From Histomonas meleagridis 2922-C6/04-290x (taxonomy: Eukaryota > Protista > Parabasalia): a stretch of DNA of 64,000 nt. Positions 10,605 to 22,880 of this stretch are shown one piece after another (the first letter of the stretch is position 1; each line of letters opens with the position of its first letter). The stretch covers positions 62,001-126,000 of the forward strand of contig JAANOX010000083.1 of assembly GCA_020184695.1 (NCBI GenBank), in the 5' to 3' direction. Below the pieces are notes generated by a model. That model was given only the letters and a program-made list of their open reading frames with translations. It was not told where the DNA came from and made no database searches. The position numbers were made by a program, and so were the translations under genes.

Positions 10605-13600
10605 TTATTCATAATCACTTAAAGCGTCTTCCAAATATTTAATTTTATTCATATCATTTCCTAAAAACTCATAACATAATTCTTTTGCATTTTCCACAGT
10701 ATTAATTAATTGCATTAACATATCACACAAACATTGATAATTGCTTTGACTCATTTTCATTTGATCAATAACAATATAAGGGTTAGCGAATAACAACGCA
10801 AGAACTTTCAAAAACAACAAATTATATTTACCTTCGGAATCTTTAAATATTTTCATCATGAATTCCACAACGTAATTTATATATTTAAAGTCGACTTCCA
10901 ATGGTAAATTATTAAACAAAACTTCGATAAATTCGTCGATTTGTAAATCGTTAAATAAATTTAAGTATAATATCACAAAAGTTGTTACACAATTATCCTT
11001 CAACAACATTTTTCTTTTAGTTTTATTAAAAGTTAAACATAAATTTAATTTTTCAAGTAACAAAACATATAAACCATTTGCATAAGGTTGAATTAAATTT
11101 AAATTTGCTAATGCAATTTTCTGTAAAGTTAAGAAAGCGGAATAATCTTCGAAATTCTTCGCCATATTTAATGCGACTTTTATAGTGTTTTCTTGAATGT
11201 TTTGGTTTAATGTAGATGTTGAACAAGAAACTATTGAACCGAAGAAGCGGATAGCATAAGAACGATATAAAATGTTTTGTAATGAGAAATATTCTTGAAA
11301 TATTTTGATTAAACTTGAAAGTATTATTGGCGATTGATTACCCGCCGAAATACAAATGTTATCAATGAAATCCAAAATCACTTCGAATATTTCTTCTTCT
11401 TGAATATCCAATAAATGGAATTTAATTTTCTCATTTAATAAAAATTTATTAATGAATTCAATAAATTTCGATAAAATCGGACCGAAAAAATCATAGCCCA
11501 TCCAAGCAACTATTAATGAAGCTGCTTTTAATGATTCACGTTTAGTAATGATGTCACTATTATTAGATAAAATAGTTAATAATGTATGCGAATAACGTTG
11601 GACTAAATTTCCTTGTTTGTCCGAATGTTTAAATTCCCATGCTTTAGAGATGGTTTGTGCCATATTACCTATAGCAATAGCACATGAATAACGACATTCA
11701 TTAAAAATGGAGTTTTTATTAATGTTTATTGCGTCTAAAACAATTTTCCCTAATTGTGGTAAGAACTCCGGATTATTTTTTAAGATAATGGATAATATTT
11801 GTAATGATAATGATGAGATTAATATGATTAATGTTGTGCCTTTATGAATTACTTGGGAATTAATGTTTTGTAAATGTTCAACTGATGATTGTTGTATTAA
11901 AAAGTTTAATATTTGTTGATTTATTATCATTTTTATATAATTCGGATGATGTTTTATTATTGTTAACAAAACATTTAAACAAGAAAATGATAAATTTAAA
12001 TCATTGTTAAATATGTTTTGTTGGAAAAATGGATAAAATTCTTCTATATATGATTCAAATGCAGGATTCTCAATTAATACTATTAAACAATTAATAGCGG
12101 AAGTTTTTAACTCATTATTTTCATTCGACAAAATCATTTTTATTAATTGTAAAACATCATTATAATAATTATATATATTATACTTCGATTTATTTATTAA
12201 TGATGTTAAACATTGGAATGAAGAATTCTTTAAATCAATTGGATAATTATCATTTACAATAAAATTAAGTAAAAACTCATAAATCTTATCAAAGATATCA
12301 TCTGTTTGTAAAAGATAATTTAAAAATGTCGAAAATATTAATAACAAATCAGCCGAAAGAAATCTTTCACATGAATTAATGATAAATGGAATGAAATATA
12401 AACAAAATTCTTCATTTTCTAACACAAAATATTTTAGTAATTCTTCCGACGTTTTAGCAGAAGTATTTACTAACAAAAATGAATTCGATGAAATACTATT
12501 TTTTAATATGTTCGTTATGTTACTAAAGTTACAAGAATAAAACATTTGATAATTACGGAATGTTAAACTCATTAATCGAATTAACATAAATTGTTTGTTC
12601 TCATCTGAGTTTTCATTTGTCCAACAAAAATTAAAAATCGTTTCAAATGATTCTTTCGTTATACATAAACTTTTAAATGTCATTTCGAAGATTCGCGCGC
12701 CAGAAATATCTAAGGAATCATTCGGATTATATAATTGTTTAGATAAAAAGACATTGATGTTTAAGATCGGCATTAAATAATTACTTTTAATAACAGACTC
12801 ATTAAAGTTACAACAAATACTTTCAATGATTCGATGAATTTGTGTTAATAACGAAATGTTTAATGGCGGAGTTACATTAAAATAATTTAAACATTTCTCT
12901 AAAAGTGATGGTATATCACCTTTAAATATATGTTCATTGATCGAATATGTAATTAAACTTATGTATTGGGAAAATAATGTCGAATCTTGAATATACGAAT
13001 CAAGTAATTCAATGAATTTGGACCATATGTATGGACATATTTCGGTCGAAAAAACATTGGAATGTGATATTAAATAAAGAGATGAAAATTGATCATGAAT
13101 ATCAAGAGAATTAATACCACGATCTATTAATTCTAAAAAGGTGGAAATAAAATTGGGATTGACGTCTGTTGTTATAAGAGATAATAACATTAAAATATGT
13201 GGGAGAGTAGAAATATTTTGAATAAATGAAATTATAACTTGGTCAAATTCTGGTCGCATCATTGTTTGAAGAATTTCTAATATCTGCATTTGGTTTCCTT
13301 TGATGTTTTCATTGGTAAATAAATTTAATAATTGAAGAAAAATTTGGATTTGGATTTCAGGAGTAAAATTTCCCCAAAATTTAGAAAAACATTTATGTAA
13401 GATAGAAAAAGCAAATTTTTTACATGTTGTATCAGTTTCTTGTATATTAATATACTTTAATAAAACTTGAATTGATAAAGGATTTTGTAAAAAAGAATCC
13501 ATTTTCTCCATGATTGAATTAAGCCCAGTATTGTTGCCATTCGTGACATATGAACAGCACTCTGTGATTAAATTAAATTCTTCTCCAAAATCCATTATTA

Positions 13601-13610
13601 CATTTGGCAA
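10605..13610 (-). CDS. Importin-beta/karyopherin-like HEAT-repeat protein
   Basis: 1001 aa, helical; N-terminus resembles IBN_N (FLQNP..LL..I...KFAFSILH...W..F.PE.Q). Confidence 0.7.
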   Translation of the reverse strand: MPNVIMDFGEEFNLITECCSYVTNGNNTGLNSIMEKMDSFLQNPLSIQVLLKYINIQETDTTCKKFAFSILHKCFSKFWGNFTPEIQIQIFLQLLNLFTNENIKGNQMQILEILQTMMRPEFDQVIISFIQNISTLPHILMLLSLITTDVNPNFISTFLELIDRGINSLDIHDQFSSLYLISHSNVFSTEICPYIWSKFIELLDSYIQDSTLFSQYISLITYSINEHIFKGDIPSLLEKCLNYFNVTPPLNISLLTQIHRIIESICCNFNESVIKSNYLMPILNINVFLSKQLYNPNDSLDISGARIFEMTFKSLCITKESFETIFNFCWTNENSDENKQFMLIRLMSLTFRNYQMFYSCNFSNITNILKNSISSNSFLLVNTSAKTSEELLKYFVLENEEFCLYFIPFIINSCERFLSADLLLIFSTFLNYLLQTDDIFDKIYEFLLNFIVNDNYPIDLKNSSFQCLTSLINKSKYNIYNYYNDVLQLIKMILSNENNELKTSAINCLIVLIENPAFESYIEEFYPFFQQNIFNNDLNLSFSCLNVLLTIIKHHPNYIKMIINQQILNFLIQQSSVEHLQNINSQVIHKGTTLIILISSLSLQILSIILKNNPEFLPQLGKIVLDAININKNSIFNECRYSCAIAIGNMAQTISKAWEFKHSDKQGNLVQRYSHTLLTILSNNSDIITKRESLKAASLIVAWMGYDFFGPILSKFIEFINKFLLNEKIKFHLLDIQEEEIFEVILDFIDNICISAGNQSPIILSSLIKIFQEYFSLQNILYRSYAIRFFGSIVSCSTSTLNQNIQENTIKVALNMAKNFEDYSAFLTLQKIALANLNLIQPYANGLYVLLLEKLNLCLTFNKTKRKMLLKDNCVTTFVILYLNLFNDLQIDEFIEVLFNNLPLEVDFKYINYVVEFMMKIFKDSEGKYNLLFLKVLALLFANPYIVIDQMKMSQSNYQCLCDMLMQLINTVENAKELCYEFLGNDMNKIKYLEDALSDYE

Positions 13611-14958
13611 AGCTGTCTCATATCCGACGGTTTTTTTTGTTTGTCACTTTTTGTTTTATTCCTGCAACTCCAAAATGTTGCAGGAAACAACATTCGCTTA
13701 TATATCATTCATTTTATTTTTTGATAACTGAAGAAATGAAACGAATATTATTTGCCTTTTTATTTAATAAAATTTTAAAAATTATACTTGATTGAAAAAA
13801 ATAATTTCTTCGTTTAGGACAAAAACATTATCTTTCATTGTTTCCCATTCACTCTCAATAATGTTTATCATGAAAAATTTGAGAAATGAAATAATTATAT
13901 TTTTCAAAACTCAAATTTACAAACAGAAGAAATATTATTACCATTAAGTTATTGATGAAATTTAAAAAAAAATGCTTTAAACCTAAAATCTAGTGAAAAT
14001 GGATAAAAAATTAGTTTCAGACATAGCCACCATCTGACTTTCGAACGCCATGATGTTTTTTAAACAATTTTTGTTCTTGACGATAAGGATCGACAGCTTT
14101 TTGAATATATTACGATTTTACATTCTACTTTTTGATTGTCCACTTATTGAATGGGCGATTTTCACATAGCATGTCATTGGGGGCATTCAAACGCCTTAAT
14201 TGACCATGGTCAAAGTCGATTGAATATAATCCTCTCAATATTGATAAGGCGGTTTTTTTATGAGGCCTCATACAATTTTTCCCTAACGATAAAGTTGCCT
14301 GCACAATTTTCATTAACGGTCCCGAATCGGGTATAAAAAGACGATAGGATTTTCAATTTCTATCAAATATTGTGCGTATTGGATTTCTACAAGCAAAATT
14401 CAGAAATGTATCTCGTCCCATTTGAATTTTGAATACTCAATAAAACTTGCTTCATTTTATACAAATGCTTACAGGTAAACCAAAGTCACAGATCATAAAA
14501 AACTGCATAATATATCACAATGATAGTTCTATCGAAAGATATCACCTTGATAAAGAAGGAATTATAATAAAAAACAATGATGGGAAATTTATTTCACGCA
14601 AAAAACTAAATTATTATCAGAGAATCAATGTTCTAACTGGGTAAAACAAAGTAGTAATAGCAGTATCGAATTCGGTTAATGATGATGTATGAGTTGTAAT
14701 CTAATTTTTGATGATGCTATCGAAAAGGCTCAAATATGTACAGAAAATAAACGAAGCTTTGGACAAGTTATATCATTTCTTGAGTAAACAGTATTTATTA
14801 TTAAATCATGCATTAATTAACCAATGTTTAGTAAAAAACATATTATTACTGTGATCTATGTATTTATTTATAAAAGAAACGACTTATTTTGGAACAAGTA
14901 AAAATATTTCAATTTTTGTACAATACATAAAATGTGAATTATTTAAATTACAAAATCT

Positions 14959-16425
14959 TTATTCATCTTTATAATCTAATGGAAGGAAGTATTTCCTTAA
15001 ATTCATTCTATTTGGCGTTTCTTTCGGATCCTTTAACAATTCCTTTTCGACTTCTTCCAACAAATCTTCTTTCTCTCGCTTGTATAGAAAGTGTTCGAAC
15101 AACAATTTATACAATTCCATCACTTTATCCGGTGGGAAATCTTTATTATCTTTTGTCCTCCTCATTATTTCCATTATTTCATCATCTGCGTCCATTTTAA
15201 TTAATAATTTTATCATATTTTCTACGAACTCAAATTCATTTCCATGACTTTCGAATCCGAACATTAATATTTGCAGTGCTGCGTCCCTATCAACATTAAC
15301 AGCATTTTCCATTGCAGCTATAGCTAAGTACAAATGATATGTACATTTATTAGCTTCGATACAAGCAACAAATTCTTGTCGCATAGCCACAGGACCACCA
15401 GTTCTTTGTAAAAACTTTAAAAATTGTATCGTCGCTAAAGTCAAATGAGAAATATTATTCTCAGATCTTAATATTAAGTTTCGATATGTTTCATATGCCT
15501 CCGGCGACCGTTTATTTGATTCGAGTAATTCAGCAAATGTAAAGTTCAGCATCAAATTGTCAGGCAATGTGTTGATGGCTTTGTGGTATACTTCGATCGC
15601 AGCGTTAATATCACCAAATTCAATAAGGGCCTGACCATATTCAAGCCATAATAATGGAACATAACGTAATGTGGTTAAGGCACTGTTGTATGCATATTCA
15701 ACATATTCACGATGGACATCTGGATTGGCATTTAATGGATTGGTTTTTTCATACTCAATAAATAAACGCCATTGATGTAATAAACAAAAGCCTCCTTCAT
15801 CCATAGTACATAACATATGTTGAAGTTGTTTATGATATCGTTTCTTGGTATGATAAACAGTGGCTGTGGCTTTGAAATGTCGCTCTTGATCGGGTAAAAG
15901 TGTGGCAGCTAAATTTGTGGATTTGCGATTTTCAAAATCTCGATAATTCTTAAAAAATTCTTGAAGCCCTTCCATGGGAACTAGAAGAGCACGTTGATAG
16001 ACACGACGAAGTCTATCAATAGGAACGCCAGGTGAATTTTCGGCTAAATTGGCATAATCAGAATAAAGACGAATTGCATTCATATCACGACCAACTTTAC
16101 TAAGAGCATACTCGTAAGCTTGGCAAATTTGAAGACGATCATAACTAGTGGATTGAACAAAATCAATATAATCCATAAATAAGTTAACATCAGGGGTGTT
16201 AGGAAGAGAACGATAGTAAAGCCTCATTACGCGAGTGTTGGCTTCGTCATCTGTACATTGTCGTTCTTCTTTGATATATTGAATCCAGATTGGTGGATAC
16301 GTTGGAAATATTTCAAGAAACTGTTCAAAAAGAGACCGCCTTTCATCAGTTAGCTCGGCTTGAATTTCTAATTGTTTGACAATTCCTTGAACAACATCAA
16401 AAATTTCTTTGTTCATTGAAGCCAA
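14959..16425 (-). CDS. CSTF3: CstF-77/Rna14/Suf-like HAT-repeat 3'-processing factor
   Basis: FEQFLEIFPT..IWIQYI, AYEYAL..VG.D, RRVYQRAL.VP, W...I.YEK.NPL. Confidence 0.8.
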   Translation of the reverse strand: MASMNKEIFDVVQGIVKQLEIQAELTDERRSLFEQFLEIFPTYPPIWIQYIKEERQCTDDEANTRVMRLYYRSLPNTPDVNLFMDYIDFVQSTSYDRLQICQAYEYALSKVGRDMNAIRLYSDYANLAENSPGVPIDRLRRVYQRALLVPMEGLQEFFKNYRDFENRKSTNLAATLLPDQERHFKATATVYHTKKRYHKQLQHMLCTMDEGGFCLLHQWRLFIEYEKTNPLNANPDVHREYVEYAYNSALTTLRYVPLLWLEYGQALIEFGDINAAIEVYHKAINTLPDNLMLNFTFAELLESNKRSPEAYETYRNLILRSENNISHLTLATIQFLKFLQRTGGPVAMRQEFVACIEANKCTYHLYLAIAAMENAVNVDRDAALQILMFGFESHGNEFEFVENMIKLLIKMDADDEIMEIMRRTKDNKDFPPDKVMELYKLLFEHFLYKREKEDLLEEVEKELLKDPKETPNRMNLRKYFLPLDYKDE

Positions 16426-16743
16426 TTGGATCTTAACGGTTTCTATAGGGCGCCTGAATTTTGTGTTAAACGATCATAAATCATTCAATAAAACATATTT
16501 CTTTAAATGTTTTTTTCCAATGCAATCAATCTTAAATGACTTAAAATTTTTTGATTTTTGTAATACCTTTTTGAACTATCTAGATTTCGCATTTTATTCA
16601 ATTAACAATTCAAGTAGCACAAATAATTATGAAAAAATTTTAACAAAAAATGAAAAAAAAATCATATTTACTAGTAATAAATCTTACAAGGAGAATAATA
16701 TTAATTGGAAAAATGGAAGTAAAATACGCAAAAAAACTTTATT

Positions 16744-17333
16744 CTAACAATTACTTTTTTTTCGTTTGATTTTCTCATGCTCTGGTGTAATAGAAATGAT
16801 TTGTTCATTACCATATTTTCCAAATGATGTATAAAGAAGTGAGCACATAATGGAAAAAAGTTCTTTGATGTTTTGCCCTGTATTTGCGTTCCTTCCATCC
16901 ATTCAATATCATAACTTTGAGCAAATTGTTCTATTTGTTCGGTTGTGATCACTCTTTCTTTTTCCAAATCAATCTTATTTGTAAAAAGTAATATTTTTGC
17001 TTCTGGTGCAGAATCTTTTAAGAAGTCGATCCACCTTGGAAGTGATTTAAAAGAATTTTGTTCTGATACATCACAAACCAAAAATGCTCCTTTTGAATCT
17101 CTTGCATAAAAACCAACAAGTCCACGATACATTTCTTGACCTGTATCCCAAAGTTCCAATATAATTTTTTGTCCTTCAACTTCTCATGTAATTGTTACAT
17201 ATTGGGAACCTATTGTTGGGATATGATTTTCTTGAAATTCACCATCACAAATTTTATTGATTGTTTTCCCGACACCAGCATCTCCAATCATTACGACTTT
17301 GTAAACAATAGAGGATTTTTCTTTCTTTCCCAT
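16744..17333 (-). pseudogene. Rab GTPase pseudogene
   Basis: MGKKEK..KVVMIGDAGVGKT; in-frame TGA at 17184-17186; WDTGQE lacks the Ala; frameshift near 16885 hides TANTGQNIKELF..KRKKSNC-stop. Confidence 0.8.
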
Positions 17334-17619
17334 AATTTTTTTTACCCAAAAAAATAATCAGGAATTGAAATGCCCTAAGGTCAAAATTGAAATAATGGTT
17401 CAAAAAAATGAAAATTGCATGAAAGAGAACGATATGCTGCTATTACAGTTGTTTACACAATTTTTTGAGATCAAGATTTTCTGTAATCAAAATTTTTCAA
17501 ACGAAAACATCCATGCTAAAATCGAAAATATCTCATTAAAAGCTTTTAATTGTATTTGAGGCTAATTTATATTAAATAAGAATTATGTTAATTATTTAAA
17601 TGATTTTTTAAACTTCTTA

Positions 17620-18255
17620 AATCGAGAAACTAATTGAACAAAATTTGATCGAAAAAAATATCACCAAAAATATTAAATTGGAATATTTTGCTCATCATAA
17701 AACAGAAAAAGAAAATCAAAACCATATGGCACAAGGAATAATTCAATAGAAAAATACTTATTTGATCATAATGAAGAGCTTTCAAAGAATGATTGGGAGC
17801 TTCATAAGAAAATGATTAAAGAAGGAGTAAATCCGAAAGAAATTGCGAAAATAATTCGAAATGATGAAATAGAAAAACTTCAAGAAATGTCATCACAAAC
17901 AAATTTTGATTCTAATCAAACAATTGAACCATCACTTTATGAAAGATGTTCATTTATTAATACAGGTAAATATGCAGTTGCAGGTGGAAATCTTGAAATC
18001 ATTTATTTATGTGAACAAAATCATTCATCATTTGATAAAGCTTATGAACAGCAATTATGTTTCATCAAAATGATATCTTCATATAGCAGTTAGAAATAAT
18101 AATATAGAAATAGTAAAATTACTTTTAGATAAAGAAGGAATTGATGTTAATGCAAAAAATATTCATTTGAATAATTTTATATATGTTTTAATAATTTGAA
18201 ATATGTTTTAATAATTTGAAACAGCACTTCATATAGCAGTTAGAAATAATAATAT
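17620..18255 (+). pseudogene. DUF3447-type/ankyrin gene remnant
   Basis: EGVNPKEIAKIIRNDEIEKLQ..NFDSNQTIEPSLYERC, then AVRNNNIEIVKLLLDKEGIDVNAKN, a 57-nt spacer and ETALHIAVRNNNI, cut at 18255. Confidence 0.7.
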
Positions 18256-18326
18256 AGGGGGACGGAATTGATTTATTATAAATATAATAGAATCGAAATA
18301 AAAGATTTTAATTATTTTTTTTAGGT

Positions 18327-19168
18327 TTATTTATGATAGTTGTTACCTTTGTTCCTTATGACCCTTTGGCATCTTTCAATCCATTCGTCAAAAACTTTGG
18401 CTAACGTATCCTTCATCCATAATTTCAGTTATTGTATCGTGCAATTGTTGAAAATCATCAAATTTTTCTCCTTCTAATTGATTTTTAAAAAAACCAAAAA
18501 TAAAGTAACCTAAAGGAGCAAGATCTGGTGAATATGATGGATGCGGAGCTATTTTAAAATCATTATCGATGGAAAATTTAATTGAGGCATTTGAAGTATG
18601 GGGAGATGCATTATCGATATGTTAAACATATAGGGGTTAATTTTATTTTTTCCTTGTAGGGATACAATTTATCCTAATTAATTAATTATCTTAATTGTTT
18701 GATCATATTACTAATACCCCGAGTTAAATTTTTCATCTTTTATTAAATCAATTATAGAGAATTAATTAATATTCCGAAAGATTATTACCATATATTTTAT
18801 CGTGCCAATTTTTCTATCTATAATTTCCATAAAATTTTCTCTTGATAGTGACCACTTATGCTTGTGATCATACGATAAAAAACCCATGATTCATTCACAG
18901 TAATGATTATATGAATTTTTTTCTTATGTAGACATTTAATATTTCGAGGAGCTCGGCTTCTTTTCGAACTTTTTTTTTTCATTTCAGATCTCTTTAATTC
19001 AAATTGATGCACCCAATATTTAATGGTATTAATATTGAGTGCATCTTGGTGATAAACATCATCGAACTCTTGTTTAATTTGGCTGAGTTTATAACCTTTT
19101 CTTTTCAAAAAAATATTGCTGCTCATTGTTCGATATCCATAAAAATGAAATATGTTTAAAAATAGCAA
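18327..19168 (-). mobile_element. Degenerate mariner-family (DD34D-type) transposase
   Basis: N-terminal HTH (KGYKLSQI..TIKYWV..F), IITVNESWVFY, IDNASPH, HPSYSPDLAP, W.ERC..VI..KG.Y in several frames. Confidence 0.85.
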
Positions 19169-19299
19169 TATGACAATTTATTATTGACATTTACTCAATA
19201 TATGAAATATTTATGATATCAAAAATCATATCATTATTCTTACAATCTTTTATAATAGTTCTATATTAATTATTGTTATCAAAAGAATAAAAGGGTTAT

Positions 19300-20162
19300 A
19301 TTTAAAATAAAACATTTTTGTTTACCCTATATTTGTGCCTGAGCGATATTATTCCTTTTGGCTTTTATGTTTGAACAAGAGTATTCGGCAATTTTATGTG
19401 AATCCTAGTGTAACCTTTGTCACACATGATCTGATGTTGATAAAGAATCAAAGCACTATCATTACGATTCATCAAATATGCTAACTGGTTAATCAAACCA
19501 CTTTGCCTCAAAACAGTCAAATCATGTGTTTTTCCACAAAGAGCAACGTTTACACTAATACATTGCTTATCAGGATTCACAAGAGCTTGAAGCTTGATTC
19601 CATGCATCTTGTGTTTTTTGGAATAAAACAATTTTGATGTTTTGAAATCATTATACCTGTGGATGGGGATCAATGAAGCATCTAATGGGTCGATTGCTCT
19701 TGAATATTCATCAATTTTTTTTGATGCATTCGTTGCGAAATTCAAAAATTTGGAGATAAATGCTTGGAATATTTTCTGAAGAGTTTCGAAAACTATGTTA
19801 TGTAGCATTGTTAAACTTGATCCTATTAATGCACTCATTACTTTATATTTGCCATATGAATTCATATATGTCAGCAGAATGAATAAACTCTCTTTGTTGG
19901 AGATTGTTGGTTCTTATTCTCTCCTTGGTGCATAGCACTGTTTGGCTGTTTTTTATAGAAATAATTTAGATTGTTCAACATTAAAATTTGTGAGGGCTTC
20001 GATAACCTCTTCACCTTGTTCTTTGAAAACCTTTTGATAAGAAATAACTTTTTTTGGCAACTCTTCATTTTCATCATCGCTTGAGGATTTCAGTACAATC
20101 GCAGCTTGTTGAATTCTAGATTGTCTAGCTTGCAGGGTGAATGCAAATATGTCTTGTTCCAT
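19300..20162 (-). mobile_element. Degenerate PIF/Harbinger-ISL2EU-type (DDE_Tnp_4) transposase
   Basis: LDASLIPIHR, FYSKKHKMHGIKLQ, G.THD..VLR.S, MCDKGY; N-terminal fragment at 19953-20162. Confidence 0.8.
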
Positions 20163-20184
20163 TGAAGATGTGAATTATTTTCAA

Positions 20185-20480
20185 TGGAAAAAAATCAATG
20201 GTATTTTATGCAGAATGGGACATCCATCCACACAGCAAAAATAACATTAGATTATTTAAAAGATTTTTGAAAAGTTCTTACAGACTGGCCAGCAAACTCA
20301 CAGGATTTAAATCTGATTGAGAATCTCTGAAGCATATCAAAACAAAAAGTAGAGGAAATGAGTCCATAAACAAAAAAAGATAAAATTTATTTAAATTTTG
20401 ATGTTTGGACCAATCTAGACATCAAAATAATCAACAACCTCATTGCATCAATGAACAATAGGCTCAAACTTCTAGTCCAA
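20185..20480 (+). mobile_element. C-terminal fragment of a Tc1-like (DD34E) transposase
   Basis: Reads WYFMQN..IHTAK.T..YL..DWPANSQDLNLIENL with stops. Confidence 0.75.
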
Positions 20481-20847
20481 ATACCTACTAAAATATTTTG
20501 AGTATAAATTCAGTACTTTATTTTTTGTAAAAAAAAAGATGGATCACTTTTTTGTGCTAAACCATTGAAACACCATTCAGAGATCCGCCGGCTGGCTCAT
20601 CTTTATTGCAAGAACTTTATTCCAGTAAAAGGACTTTTTTCAAAATATGTCACTTTTAACAATATACATCGACATTTTTCAGAATAAAAACTTTTTCCGG
20701 TGAGTTATTCTTCTTTATTTAAATTTCGATGTAAACTATTCAATAAAAAATCCGTGTTTTTTCAATAAAATACGATCACAACCGCTAGAGTTCATATGAA
20801 ACCGTTTAATTCATTCAAAAAGTTGATGCTAGACGTTTAATTTAAGA

Positions 20848-21528
20848 ATGAGTGCAAGCATAAAAGTTAATTATGGATTCCATTCACTTGCATTCATAAA
20901 CACATTTTTCCCACCTATGATCGATGTTTTTTTATTAATCTTTTACATTACTCAAGGAAGATTTTCTGGATATCTTCCAACAGTTTCAGAAACAGGCACT
21001 GAAGTTCCAAACAAAATAATCATGTTTCTATCCTTTTCCGCTGTTGCAACTGTTGTGTTTGCATTTTTCATGTTTTTTATTTTTTATCTTTCAAGTGTAT
21101 ATCATATTTCTGAAAAGTTAAGAAAAACAATGTACATGCTCATCACTTTAGCGTGGATTTTTTACATTTTAGTTCCTGTGTTTCCATGTAATGAAATACC
21201 AATTTGTCATTATATATCGACATTTTTAGCATTTTTCATAATAAACATTCTCCAACTTATTGGGTATGTCATCACCAAAAAAGATAGTCCAAATTTGAAA
21301 AATAAGCTGAGATTATTTTTCATCATTGGCCAATTTCTTTCATTGCTTGTAGTTTCTTTAAGCGAACATCTCTTTGACCCAAGAATTAACGTAACAATTT
21401 CGACATTTGGCGAATATTTAATTGCCATTTTTTATTCATTATATAGTTATTCATACTATAAAGAAATGAAAAGTTCTAAAATGTACTTCGAATTCGAACA
21501 AGAAAATAAAATATCTAAAGGAAAATAA
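20848..21528 (+). CDS. Frag1/DRAM/Sfk1-family multipass membrane protein
   Basis: YLPTVSETG motif after TM1, about six TMs, H.I..F, EY near the last TM. Confidence 0.75.
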   Translation: MSASIKVNYGFHSLAFINTFFPPMIDVFLLIFYITQGRFSGYLPTVSETGTEVPNKIIMFLSFSAVATVVFAFFMFFIFYLSSVYHISEKLRKTMYMLITLAWIFYILVPVFPCNEIPICHYISTFLAFFIINILQLIGYVITKKDSPNLKNKLRLFFIIGQFLSLLVVSLSEHLFDPRINVTISTFGEYLIAIFYSLYSYSYYKEMKSSKMYFEFEQENKISKGK

Positions 21529-21797
21529 CAACTTGGTAATGTGCGGCCGGAATCATATTATCTTTCATAAAAAGTATCATATCATATGAATCTTTTTTTT
21601 TTCACATCTTTTAGAAATTTAATCATATTGGAAAAATTATTTTAATTTAAATCAATAATTTTTCTGAGTATATTGATATTAGGTCACAAATCCTATTTTT
21701 TATTGTTCATTTCTTTATAAAAAGAAAATTTTTATACTTTGTTGATGCTATCGCCTTCCAAGACGATTATTTTTGATTCAAATTGTAAAAGTGGTAA

Positions 21798-22475
21798 ATG
21801 CGTGTTGTCTTTTTAACAGGAAACATAGGAACAGGAATACCAGAAATCTTAAAAACATTTGAAAAGCATCGAATCCCAGTTTTAGATGTTGATGCTATTG
21901 CGTTAGATCTTGTTAGCGATGTTATTTCTATTCCATCACAAAATGTATTAAAACTTTGTGGTTGCAAAATTTTAAATCCCAGTGGAACTGTTGATCAGTG
22001 TGAACTAAGCAAAGCTCTTTTTTCCGATCCGAACAAAAGAAAACAATATTTCGATATTCTTTTTCCATATCTTCAAAGAAAACTTCTTATAAAACTTTTT
22101 ACGCTATGGATCCTTCGTAAGAAAACCGTAATTATCTCCATGACTCACTTCTTTGAGTATTATTCTACATGTTTTTATTCAGACTTAATTACTGTCAATT
22201 CATCTTATGAAAAGCAACTTCAAAGGGTTATGGAAGATATGAAGGTAAGTGCTGAGGAAGCATCTCAAAGAATTAAGACACAAATTCCGATCGATTTTAA
22301 ATGTTCAATGTCAACCATTGTAATCAATAATGAAGGAAATGCAGATGAAAACGAAAAAAATGTATCAGAAGTAATAAACAAATGGAAAAATGAACCACGC
22401 AAGATAAGCAGAACGATTCTTGATCCGCTTTTTATTGTTTTTATTGTATTTCTGATCATTTTCTTTTTCTATTAA
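21798..22475 (+). CDS. Dephospho-CoA kinase (CoaE)-like protein with C-terminal TM anchor
   Basis: VFLTGNIGTG, LDVDAIA, LSKALFSDP, Q..R.M, RI..QIP; hydrophobic tail. Confidence 0.85.
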   Translation: MRVVFLTGNIGTGIPEILKTFEKHRIPVLDVDAIALDLVSDVISIPSQNVLKLCGCKILNPSGTVDQCELSKALFSDPNKRKQYFDILFPYLQRKLLIKLFTLWILRKKTVIISMTHFFEYYSTCFYSDLITVNSSYEKQLQRVMEDMKVSAEEASQRIKTQIPIDFKCSMSTIVINNEGNADENEKNVSEVINKWKNEPRKISRTILDPLFIVFIVFLIIFFFY

Positions 22476-22660
22476 ATGCTGAATAAACTTTATGAAATCA
22501 AAAAATTTTCTTTAAAAACTGTATTTTATAAAAAATTTTTTTAAGCTTAAGTGAAAAAAGGCGATAATAAGATTCATCAAGTTAATTTAAAATATAAAAT
22601 TTCCTCAAGCGTTTGGCGTTTTAATATTTATGTAACATTCTATTTTCATTAAAAAAAATC

Positions 22661-22880
22661 AAAACTGAATATTGGGCACCACAAGAAGGGCATGCTGATT
22701 TTAATAAAGTATTTCATAAACAAAAAGGAATTGATATCAATGCTATAGGTGTTTATTTGTTCCATATGGCATTAATTTCATCATTTAATGTTTGAAAAGA
22801 ATATTCGGCATTCATTTAACACATCATTAATATTAGCATTTGAACAAAAGAGAATAATATTAATACTAAAGATCTTTATT
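22661..22880 (+). pseudogene. Degenerate ankyrin module + spacer relic
   Basis: APQEGHADF..KQKGIDINAIG, a 67-nt spacer starting GTTTATTTG (22751-22817), then NTSLILA..INTKD. Confidence 0.55.

Noticed and set aside
13790-14340. Possible highly decayed Tc1-like transposase on the - strand
   Set aside because: Only loose resemblances across several frames; no catalytic motif could be read with confidence
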